Virus record (IMG/VR): IMGVR_UViG_3300025916_000012
Location: 853 to 64,852 of that record
Origin: a virus
Lineage: Duplodnaviria; Caudoviricetes
Reading direction: 5' to 3' (one strand)
DNA length: 64,000 nt
The notes under the pieces were generated by a model that saw only the letters and a program-made list of their open reading frames with translations, searched no databases and had not been told where the DNA came from. Shown here in pieces: positions 8,108-17,149 of the stretch. Made by a program: the position numbers and the translations under genes. Position 1 is the stretch's first letter. Every line of letters starts with the position of its first letter.

Positions 8108-8161
8108 AATCGCACGAGCCGGGAGTCGAACCCGCTCGCGCGCTATCCAGCTACCGCGATT
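8108..8161 (-). ncRNA. tRNA-like structured element (T-loop hairpin, no anticodon arm)
   Basis: AATCGCG/TGCGATT closing stem, GCT-GGAT-AGC mini arm, CGGG-TTCGACT-CCCG T-arm. Confidence 0.4.
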
Positions 8162-8176
8162 CCCAACGTTGGGAAT

Positions 8177-8650
8177 TCACCGAGCCCTCGGTCTACGCGG
8201 GTTGAGATTACGCTGCCACTCTCGGCGCAGGGCATTGCGGACCTCATCGGCCGAGTTTGCGCCGCTCTCGGAGATCTCGCGGGTGAGCTTGACCCGCTGC
8301 GCTGGGTTGAGCTTGCTCAGTGCGTTCTGGAACGACTTTGAGAGATCGCCGTCGTCGAGAACGGCATGGCCGAATGCTGTAAGGCGCCACCGGCGCTCGG
8401 TATTCGATGTCGGGCCTGGCTCGCGCTCGAGCCATCCGTAGCGCCTCATCCAGCCCAGCCGACCGCCGATACCTGAGCGCCGGCCTACCGCTTCGATGTC
8501 CTCTCCGAGTTGAAGGCGTACCTCGATCGTGGCCGTCCAGCCGTTCTCATCGGCTAGGTCATCGACGATTGCCAAGAGCTCAGTGTCTGCGATGCCGAAC
8601 AGCGAGGCGTCGAAGCCCGGCTCGTCCGGTGGCTTACGAACCGGCGGCAT
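8177..8650 (-). CDS. Winged-helix-like DNA-binding protein
   Basis: LGWMRRYGWLER...WRLTAFG wing pattern. Confidence 0.55.
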   Translation of the reverse strand: MPPVRKPPDEPGFDASLFGIADTELLAIVDDLADENGWTATIEVRLQLGEDIEAVGRRSGIGGRLGWMRRYGWLEREPGPTSNTERRWRLTAFGHAVLDDGDLSKSFQNALSKLNPAQRVKLTREISESGANSADEVRNALRREWQRNLNPRRPRAR

Positions 8651-9155
8651 CGGTCATCTCTTCGTCATCTCCGTTCCCGTTTTTGTTGGCCACCGCCCGT
8701 GTCAGGCGGTACCACTTGTTCAGACCCTCCTGGCGAGCAAACCGGATAACGCCGCGCTGCCGCAGTACCTCGAAGGCCAGCGCCGTGGAGCTCGACGTCA
8801 AGTCCTTGGCGCGCGCCCGCACATCGACCTGGCGGAATTCGTCGGACTCCTCCTGGACCATCTGCATGATGATCGCCTGGATTGCGTTGACCTTCCCCTC
8901 GCCGATCGTCCGGCGCTTCCCGGTCGACTCCTCCGTGTACGCCGCATTGCTCCCAGTTTTGTCGTATGAGCCTCTCGGACCCCTGCGCCCCTGGGGATTG
9001 CCCAGCGGCTCGCCCTTGAGGACCTTGACCGCACGTTGAATCCGACGTACTTCGGACTCGAGCGTCGCCAGCGTTGTGCGCACCTCCTCGAGTTGGGGCT
9101 CGAGGACCTTGAGCTCATCCTGGAGCTCGGCGATTATTCGATCTGTTCCTGCCAT
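8634..9155 (-). CDS. Coiled-coil plus winged-helix protein
   Basis: N-terminal heptads; FEVLRQRGVIR..GLNKWYRL. Confidence 0.55.
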   Translation of the reverse strand: MAGTDRIIAELQDELKVLEPQLEEVRTTLATLESEVRRIQRAVKVLKGEPLGNPQGRRGPRGSYDKTGSNAAYTEESTGKRRTIGEGKVNAIQAIIMQMVQEESDEFRQVDVRARAKDLTSSSTALAFEVLRQRGVIRFARQEGLNKWYRLTRAVANKNGNGDDEEMTDAAGS

Positions 9156-9257
9156 CGTTTACTCCTTGGTTGGTTTGTGGCCCCGGTGGACACCGGTCGC
9201 ACGGGGGAAACAGGGGAAGCCCATACGGCGCAGTGCCCACCAGGGTTGCTCATGAAC

Positions 9258-9833
9258 CTATAGCCGGCGCCAGCGGACTGTGCAGATGCCGCCGCACGCG
9301 AGCGCGTTGCGCATGTTGACGTTGAAGTCGAACGTGCGCCCTGCGATGTAGGGACCGTGGTCCGACATCACGCCGTCGATGCACAACGACCCGTGGCAGA
9401 ACCTCGCCACCGCCCCGCAGGGCAGGATCAGCGATGCGAAGCGATAGCCGCTCTGCACCGTCCCGAACCCACAGGCGCCCACGCCCTCGGTGTCGTACCA
9501 GCTCGCCACCGCGTAGGGCATCTGCGCATCCAGCACTTCCTGCTCGTGCTGTCTGCGGGCTTCTAAGCGCCTCTGCGCCCAATCGTGACGCCGGTGGGCG
9601 TTGTACCTGCGGGCACGCCGCTGATGGGCTCTATGGGCCTTAGGGTGGCCCACAGGGCGTTGGCAGCGTTCGAGCCGGGCGAGCAATCGGCGATTGTGCC
9701 GGGTCATGTCCTTCGTACCCGCATAGATCGCATCAGCTGCCCGGCGGTCCATCTTGTAGGTGAACGTCTTGGGACAGTCGTTGAGCGCCGGGTGGGGCGC
9801 AAACGCCATAACTGCCGAGACGAGGAAAGCCAC
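9258..9833 (-). CDS. Exported RlpA/DPBB (lytic transglycosylase-like) protein
   Basis: ASWY..ACG..ASLILPCG..DHGPYIAGRTFDF matches the RlpA double-psi beta-barrel signature. Confidence 0.75.
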   Translation of the reverse strand: MAFLVSAVMAFAPHPALNDCPKTFTYKMDRRAADAIYAGTKDMTRHNRRLLARLERCQRPVGHPKAHRAHQRRARRYNAHRRHDWAQRRLEARRQHEQEVLDAQMPYAVASWYDTEGVGACGFGTVQSGYRFASLILPCGAVARFCHGSLCIDGVMSDHGPYIAGRTFDFNVNMRNALACGGICTVRWRRL

Positions 9834-9861
9834 ATGGCCTCCTTGGTTGGTTACAGGACGT

Positions 9862-12800
9862 CTAACGATGAGCCGTGAACAGCCAGATCAGCGCGCCCCA
9901 GATCGTGAAGGCGACGATGATCATCACGACCATCAACAAGAGATGGCGCATCAGTAGCGCGCGGGCTCGGGCTTGATCCCATTGAGGTTGAGGAAGTCGA
10001 CTCGCGCTCGAGCCTGCTCGAGCAGCTTGTTGAGCTCGTCCTTGGGGTTGGCGCCCGGTTCCTCGATCTCGACATCGCCGATCCAGTGCGAGACCTTGGG
10101 CGAGTGGGCGTTGCCCCTGAAGTCCACCGAGACCCGGACGTACCAGGCCTTGTCGGTGTCGGGGATCGAGGCCTTGTAGTCGTCCTCGCGGACCACCACG
10201 ACCTTGCCCATCTTGGGCGACATATCCCCGGGCTTCTTGCGCCACAGCATGGTCTTGACAATCTCCCAGCTGGGCGATGGCTTCGACTGCTGCGCGACAG
10301 CTTCGTCGTACACGTCGTTCAGCGAGAGTCTCCCGTTTCTTCGTCTCACGTTGCCTCTAATTCGGATCCCTCGAACTCGTCGAGGAGTCCGTTCTCGAGT
10401 TTCACGGCGTAGCGCAAGCGGTCGTCATCCTCCACCAGCGCGATCACCGTGCCAGTCAGCCCATGGTGCTCGTTCCAGGGGTGGTCCACGATTACACGCT
10501 GACCGCTGGCGAACGCAGGGCTCGGTCCGGGGTCTGGGTCATAACCCCAGGCGTCGAACACTCACACTCCTCTGCGGTTGGTTGGTCGCGGGTCCCCGCC
10601 CGCTCTGATGATCATGCGGATTTCCTGCTGGCGCAGCTCGTGCGCCTTCTCAGCAGACGTGTAGCGAGAGCACTGAAGACAGACCAGCCAGGTCCTGTTC
10701 GCGCCGTCCTGCTCGGTGACCCAGCTGGGCGACCTGCACTCGCCGCAGCGCAGCGGAACTGAGATCTCGCCCCTACGTATGGCCTGAGCCGTCGCCTGCG
10801 CCCGTTTGCGGGCCTTGGACTGCTGGTCCAGTACTTCGGCCCGGATTCGGTCGGCCCAGCCGTCAGAAGGGCTCACAGTGCGTCGGCCTCGCGGAGATCT
10901 ATCTCGTCTCCGCAGCTCGGGCACTGATATGTCAAAGATATATCGGCAGGCCAGGTGTCGTCGTCGAGCCGCTTCTGGATCGGGCTCTTGACCGTCGCCG
11001 CCGGCATGTCGTTGCTCAGGTAGACCACGAGCCCGAAGGTCGTCGTGCGCTTACACAAGAAGCATTGCGACGCCACGATCGGGGCACGAGGTCTCTCTGG
11101 CCGGTCCCAGCCCAACTCGCGGTAGCAGGCCAGGCAGATGGCCCTGGTTTGAAAACTGGTCATCTCTCCTCCTGAGCGGCGGCTGGAAACCAATACGGAG
11201 ACGGGGGCACCTCGACGCCCCGGCGTCTCATCCGGCATAGGCGACTAGCGGCCGCGTTGTAGGGCAGACCGAGCTTGTCCTCGATTGCCCAGTTGAGATA
11301 TCCCTGGCGGCGCAGCTCGAGTACCGCTTGGTCGATTGGCTCGCTCTTGGCTCTGGCCACCTCGGCGACGTGCCGCTGACCGCAGGCCTTGCAACGGCCT
11401 TTGTGCTTGGACGGCGTGGTGCCGTTGGTCGGCGTACCACAGTCGATGCACGGCGGCGAGTAGAGCGTCTTCTTGCGGCACTGGTCGCTGCACCACTTGC
11501 GCCCCCGGTTGGCCTTGGGGCTCGGTGGAGGCAACTTGACGCCACAGCCAGCGCAGTGGGTCGGGTGCTCAGTCATTGGTTTCGCTTTCGCGTGAAAGCA
11601 GAAGCGCCCCATAAGCCGGGCACTCGTCGGCAATCTCTTGTGCCAGCCGTTGCCAGCGCCGCTGCTCGGCGGCGTTCATCATGCGGAAATAGCCCCATAC
11701 GTCGCTCCCAGCGGCTCGACACCATCGCTCATACAGAGCCTTGCCGAGACTGTCGCTTTGGCTCATGAGCGGGTGTCCGGATCGCGTGAAAGCACAGCCG
11801 CCAGCTCGCGCGTCGTCGAATGCCAGCGTGAGAATCGCGCCTCGTATTGCTCCTGCCCACGCCACGCCTCCGGGTCGCCTTTGCGCATCTTGGTCAGTAG
11901 CTCATTTGGATGGCCAGGCGTCACGGCGTCCAGTACGGCTTGGTGCGCATCGACAACCGCTTGTGCCGCCTCGCGCAGACTGCTGCTTTGGCTCATGAGG
12001 AGGAGTCCTCCACCGTCTCACCGCCAGTCGCGCCCTCGGTCGGCTGATACAGCGGGTCCTTGGACCCACCGGTCAGACCGATGGAGGCGCGGGCCTCGAA
12101 CTCGCAGCTGTGCTGCTGAACCTTGATGCGCTCGTCGTTCTTGACGATCGTCGTCCAGCGGCCCCGGCAGTTGGCACCGCCGGCCTTGCGGTCGAAGTAG
12201 ACCGTCCTAGTCGTCATGCGGCTTCGCCTCGATCTCAACACGGAGCTCGTTGGCCACGAGCCTGAGCACAGATTGAAACCGCTGACGTTCGGCCAGTGTC
12301 ATCTGCTCGTATTCCTCGAAGCCCACGGCAATCGTCCAGATGTACTGCCGAGTCTCGACGTCGAACTCGTTGAACATAGCGGTCACGCAGCTTCGTCCCC
12401 CTCGGGCACGTCGAGCGTGGCCTCGCAGATCGGGCAGACCCGGTAGCGCTCGAGCTCGGTGGGCTTGACTACCCCGGCGTGGATCGCCATGTGGCGATAG
12501 ATCGAGATGTCATCCATCGTGATCTCGTTGCGGGCGATGGCCTCATCGAGCGCTATGCGGATCTGGTTGCGGTCGCCCCCACCGCAACGCCGCATGCGAT
12601 CGGCGAGCTCGAGTAGGTCGCTACGTGCCTGTCCTGTTTCCCTTTGGTTGGTTGACACTCGGTTCCCTTTCTAGTCGCGGCCTGTCTGGCCGTGGGGTGG
12701 ACTCAAGGTGGTCTGTTTCATGTGCGGGTCTCTCAACCGCAGTGCCGGAATCTCTCCGGCCACCATTCCCGGTCCTTGAGTCCACCTCACGGCCAGTCAC

Positions 12801-13513
12801 GTCAAAGCTCAGTTGCCCCGGTATGAACGGAGCGTCTGAGCCAATAACGAACTGGTCGTGAAGGTCTGCCACAGTCGTGAGCCTATGCCGCAGCCGGCGT
12901 CGGCTCGAGTTGGATTTTCACTGTGAGCTCTACGCAGCGGTTGAGCTCATCGGAGGCCTCGGTCACTTCGTCATCATGAAGCGCGCGACGCGCGCGCTCG
13001 TTGACCTTGTCGACGTAGAGACCCATCGCCTCCAGCAGGATCTCCCGCTCATGGCTCTTGAGGTCCATCAGAACCCCGGCACACCGAGCAGGTGCGCGTG
13101 ATGGGAGATCTTGTCCGAGAGCTCCGGCGGCAGCGGCTGACCCGCCAGGGTCCAGCAGCCATCGTCGGGGGAGAAGATCGCCATCACCGTGTTCTCGAGC
13201 TCTTCCGGGGTGGGAACCCGCAGCTCGTCCTCGTGGTCGATGTAACCCATGAGACAGCGCGGTGGCATGTTCTCCTCGGTCGGTAACACGTACAGCATGT
13301 TGAACTGCATTGCTTCCATTGGCACTCCTTGGTTGGTTGTCAATCCTCTAGCACAAGTTCGCTGGGGTCCACATCGATCTCGTCGTAGCCGTTCTTGACA
13401 TCTACGCGTACCCAGACGACGTTGTCGTCAACATCCATATCGACCACCCGGCCACGCTGCTGGCTCGGAACGATCACGACGCCCATCCCGATCCGCACGT
13501 CCTCGATCTCCAT
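9862..13513 (-). CDS. Cluster of about 14 small hypothetical early genes (membrane peptide 9862-9951; 9951-10349; KOW/SH3-like 10346-10561 and 13340-13513; Zn-finger 10562-10924 and 10873-11238; Zn-finger+HTH 11160-11576; 11569-11766; 11763-11996; 11993-12217; 12383-12658; 12883-13068; 13068-13319)
   Basis: Tightly coupled minus-strand ORFs with phage codon usage; CxxC pairs; several have the ACCAACCA-RBS. Confidence 0.6.
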
Positions 13514-14247
13514 CAGTCGCCCCGCTTGGACCGCAGCTGGTCGGCGAGCGTCGGGCGCTTGACCCGAGCCGCGTTGGCAATCTCGTCCTCGAGCCGGTAG
13601 GCCGTCTGGCGCGCCTGAGCCAGCGCCTCCTTGACGTCCTTCTTGCGCTCGGTCTGGATCGCAATGTCCAGCGAGCGGATGGAGCGGCGCACGAGCCCGT
13701 AGGCCGTCTGGATCTCACCGCCGAGCTTTCGCATCGCCTCGTCGCGGTCGATCAGGCGCTTGACCTCCTGGTCGTCGCGACGCTGCTCGGCCATCCGGCG
13801 CTTGTGGCGCTTGGCGTCGGGGTTGAGCCAGTTCGAGACGGTGGCCTGGGTCACGCCCACGGCCCGCGCGATCTCGTCCTGCTTGAGGCCCTCGGCTCTC
13901 ATCTTCTGGACCTCTTCGACCTGCGCCTCGTACTTCGGGGCGTGGTCTTGGAGCCAGCGCTCGGCCTGCGCAATCGAGGAAGCGCCGCTCTCGACGACTT
14001 CCCCCCAGCGCCGGGCGATCCGCATGTAGGTCCGGCCCGTCTGCGGCTCGGCCAAGAAGTTCTGGGCCAGCCAGTCGAGCCACTCGCCGTGGCTGACCTG
14101 GGCGCGGGCCTCGTTGAGAGCGTCGCCGCAGAGCTTCGCGTGGCTCAGCCCCTCCTGGGTTGAGCTCTGAATCTCGAGCAGCTCGGCGTTGGCGGCCTCG
14201 GCGCAGTTTTTGAGCGTGCGCTGGGCCTGTTTCATCGCTACTGCCAT
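13513..14247 (-). CDS. DUF3102-like domain plus HTH protein
   Basis: GDALNEARAQVSHGEWLDWLAQNF..YMRIA and GLKQDEIARAVGVTQATVSNWL. Confidence 0.75.
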   Translation of the reverse strand: MAVAMKQAQRTLKNCAEAANAELLEIQSSTQEGLSHAKLCGDALNEARAQVSHGEWLDWLAQNFLAEPQTGRTYMRIARRWGEVVESGASSIAQAERWLQDHAPKYEAQVEEVQKMRAEGLKQDEIARAVGVTQATVSNWLNPDAKRHKRRMAEQRRDDQEVKRLIDRDEAMRKLGGEIQTAYGLVRRSIRSLDIAIQTERKKDVKEALAQARQTAYRLEDEIANAARVKRPTLADQLRSKRGD

Positions 14248-14481
14248 GGACTTCTCCCTGGTTGGTTGTAGGTGGACATCAAGTTGCTGATCCCTTCCTT
14301 GGTGCCCGGGGTGCCCCGGAGGGACTGGCGTGGTGTGAGGGCTGAGTGCCGCCAGCGACCAGAGGGCATCCTCCCCGTGGGGGAAGGATGCGAAGTCATC
14401 CGTGTATAGGCCCACATAGGGCCAGGAGAGAGAGGCACGTCCATTCACACCATCCGCACAAAGTTATTCCCGTATCCCGTT

Positions 14482-14510
14482 AGTATACCGGATTGTCTCC
14501 GGAACCGCAA
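14482..14510 (-). promoter_or_regulatory. Early promoter TTGCGG-17-TATACT
   Basis: 17-nt spacer containing a CCGGA-N5-TCCGG palindrome; TAGTATACCGGAT identical to 62701-62713. Confidence 0.75.
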
Positions 14511-14734
14511 CGGTTTTTAGTTAGGATTTCACCGTTTCCTGAAATCGCAGTTGGGCATCCTGCAGCCTCCGAGGAGGGCCATGCCGAGGTCCCCGGCGGG
14601 CTTCGGTCTTGCGATAGGGGCGCCGGCGTTGGCGCTTGGGCGGGGGCAGTTCGTACCCGAGCCAGCCAGCCACCACGTTCTCGGCAGCGGACGCACGCAT
14701 AGTCAGGAGCGTACCCGGCCCCTATGATGGTGCC

Positions 14735-15100
14735 GTGTCGCAGCTGTCGCTAGCCCCGGCGGAGATGGACATTGAGCTCTACGCCGGAGATGGGGCCTCG
14801 ATCACGATCAACGCCACCAACCCCAACGGCTCGGCGATGAACCTGGTCGGCACCGTGATCGCCCAGATCCGGGAGTTCCGTACCGACGCCTCGCCGCTGT
14901 TGGCCTTCACCATCGACAGCTCCCAGGCCAGCGTGGGCAAGCTGGTCCTGACGCTGACCGGGACCCAGACCGCGACGCTGGTGTCGGGCAACCTCGACCC
15001 ATTCCGGGGGTTCTGGGACGTGCAGTGGACGGCTGCCGGCGCCCAGCCGCTGACGTTGATGGCAGGCACCGTTACCTGCGACCTCGACGTCAGCCACTGA
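14735..15100 (+). CDS. BppU-like baseplate/tail adaptor protein
   Basis: DIELYAGD..ITINATN..GKLVLTLTGTQTATL..FWDVQW pattern typical of BppU N-terminal-like proteins; start uncertain. Confidence 0.55.
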   Translation: MSQLSLAPAEMDIELYAGDGASITINATNPNGSAMNLVGTVIAQIREFRTDASPLLAFTIDSSQASVGKLVLTLTGTQTATLVSGNLDPFRGFWDVQWTAAGAQPLTLMAGTVTCDLDVSH

Positions 15101-15114
15101 ACGGCTAGAGGCCC

Positions 15115-16860
15115 ATGGCCTTCACCCTGGTCCAGCAGGCCGCCAACGTACCGGGGACCTCGCCTACATCGCTGTCGCAGGCGTTCTCGTCCAACGTCAG
15201 CCCCAACAACACGCTGGTCCTGATCGTGGTCCTAGCCGGCTCAGGCGCCGCCTTCGGAGCCGTCAGCGATACGCGCGGCAACACCTGGACCCAGATCCCG
15301 ACGTTCCCGTTCAACACGGCCACGCTCAACACCGCCGTCTCGGCGTGGTGGGCGCCCTCGGGTGCGGCCGTAGCGGGTGCGGACACCGTGAGCATCGGGA
15401 CGTGCGCCACCAACATCCGCGACTTCCTGATCGCCGAGTTCACCGGCCTAACCAGCGGCGCCGATGGCAACGGCCAGGGCGGCACGGGATCGGGTACGCC
15501 CACCAACACGCCGACGTTCTCCCCCACGGTGGCCGGAGATCTGGTCATCAACTTCGAACGGGTGGCCAACCAGATCACCGTTGTCAACGCGCCCTGGACG
15601 TTGATCGGATCGCTGCTGAGCGACGGCAACGCATGGGGCTATCAGGCGAGTGCGAGCTCGGGTACGCAGACGCCCAACATGACCCAGAGCCCGGGTGGCA
15701 GCTGGGCTGGGATTACGTTTGGCCTCAAGGGCCCCGCTGCCGTAGCCATAACAGCCAGCGCTTCGGCGACTGCTCAGTCGACAGCTGCGGTCACGGCCCC
15801 CACAAAGTTGACCGCCTCGGCAGTGCCCACCGCCCAGAGCACGGCCGTGGTGATGATCCCGACCACCGCCTACGAGACGATGATCCAAGCCGAGTCGAGC
15901 CTCGTCTCCTACTGGCGGATGGGTGAGGCCTCAGGCAACTTCCTGGACTCCAAGGACGCCAACCCCGCTCCGAACATCAACGGTGCGATTGCCCGACGCG
16001 CGCCGCCACTGATCATCAACAACATCGACTACTCGGCCTCGGGTGGTGGGGCATCCGGCACCTATGCCTCCGCGTCCCTCGGTTCCAACGCCCAGCCGGC
16101 CACGATCAGCGTCGAGCTATGGGCCAAGCCGGCGGCTTTGGCCCCGACCACGAGCCTGGCGCTGCTCGAGAGCTTCCCGCCGTGGCTGATCGAGATGACG
16201 AACACCGGTCGCTGGCATGTAGTCGTCCAGCCGGTGAGCGGTGGGAACCTGTCGGTCGACACGGCCAGTGCGGGCGCGGGTCTGCAGCCCCAGGTCGGCG
16301 TGATCCACCATCTCGTGCTCACCTACGACCCAGCGGATGCGCTGCGGTTCTACGTCAACGGGCAGCTGGTGGGTTTCGCGTCCGCCAGTTCGGCACTGAG
16401 CTACGCCGGGATGCCCCTGTACTTCTTCGCCCAGGACCCGGTCACGGCGGGGTTCCCTGGGGCGCTGGACGAAATCGCGATCTACAACACCGCGCTCTCG
16501 CCAGCTCGTATCGCCACGCACTATGCGACGGGTTCGGGCCTCCCGTATCTGACCGCCACCGCTTCGGCGACTTCCCAGGGCGCAGCTACGGTCAAGACCA
16601 CCTCGCCGCTGGTGGCGCAGGGGTTCGCCACTGCTCAGAGCACAGCTGCAGTCTTCACGCTCGGCGCGCAGTTCCTGCTAGCTCGGGCCTTTCCCACGGC
16701 CAGCGCCTCGGCGTCGGTGTTCATCCCGATTCTGCGCAGTCAGGTCTATGTCTCGGCTACGTCGCAGTACCAGGGCATCGGCGTTAGCGCTGCCCTGACC
16801 ACGGGGCGTCCCAAAGTCACGGCCTCGGTGGCGCTGCCGACCGTAGTGGCTATGGGGTAG
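15115..16860 (+). CDS. Tail fibre/adhesin with a LamG (concanavalin-like) domain
   Basis: LVSYWRMGE..ISVELWAK..HHLVLTYD..LRFYVNG..LDEIAIYNTALS..IATHY; Ala/Thr repeats on both sides. Confidence 0.75.
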   Translation: MAFTLVQQAANVPGTSPTSLSQAFSSNVSPNNTLVLIVVLAGSGAAFGAVSDTRGNTWTQIPTFPFNTATLNTAVSAWWAPSGAAVAGADTVSIGTCATNIRDFLIAEFTGLTSGADGNGQGGTGSGTPTNTPTFSPTVAGDLVINFERVANQITVVNAPWTLIGSLLSDGNAWGYQASASSGTQTPNMTQSPGGSWAGITFGLKGPAAVAITASASATAQSTAAVTAPTKLTASAVPTAQSTAVVMIPTTAYETMIQAESSLVSYWRMGEASGNFLDSKDANPAPNINGAIARRAPPLIINNIDYSASGGGASGTYASASLGSNAQPATISVELWAKPAALAPTTSLALLESFPPWLIEMTNTGRWHVVVQPVSGGNLSVDTASAGAGLQPQVGVIHHLVLTYDPADALRFYVNGQLVGFASASSALSYAGMPLYFFAQDPVTAGFPGALDEIAIYNTALSPARIATHYATGSGLPYLTATASATSQGAATVKTTSPLVAQGFATAQSTAAVFTLGAQFLLARAFPTASASASVFIPILRSQVYVSATSQYQGIGVSAALTTGRPKVTASVALPTVVAMG

Positions 16861-17149
16861 GGGCGGGAATCCCCGTACGCACGCTGACCTGGCCGCGTAC
16901 GGCCGTCTCGGTCGAGTCGTTGGCGATCCACTGATAGGACCAGACCTTGGGTGCCGGCGCGGTATCCATGATTGCTCGGAACTTGCCCAGCGCCAGGCGG
17001 ATGACGCCCGTGCCCAGCGCCTGGTCGGTGACGGCACCGGTGGGGTCCTGGATGCGGCAGACGAGCGTGGCCGGGTCCATCAGCGCTCCGGTATCGGTGT
17101 TGGTCACGGTCACGTCGAGCCGGACCTTTGTCCCTTGGACGTAGCTCAC
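16850..17149 (-). CDS. Small virion-associated protein (Ig-like)
   Basis: Beta-rich 99 aa at the end of the tail module. Confidence 0.5.
   Translation of the reverse strand: MSYVQGTKVRLDVTVTNTDTGALMDPATLVCRIQDPTGAVTDQALGTGVIRLALGKFRAIMDTAPAPKVWSYQWIANDSTETAVRGQVSVRTGIPAPTP

Noticed and set aside
8108-8161. Functional tRNA gene
   Set aside because: Only 54 nt, with no anticodon arm and no CCA; kept as a tRNA-like element only
6740-8341. 533-aa plus-strand ORF and similar long antisense ORFs (5804-6454, 19652-20818, 45122-46120, 49019-50155, 60770-61489)
   Set aside because: Shadow ORFs of high-GC minus-strand genes; no motifs or RBS
12646-12654. Start motif marking an extra gene
   Set aside because: No start codon at a suitable distance; this copy lies within the 5' end of ORF 12383-12658, which has its own upstream RBS
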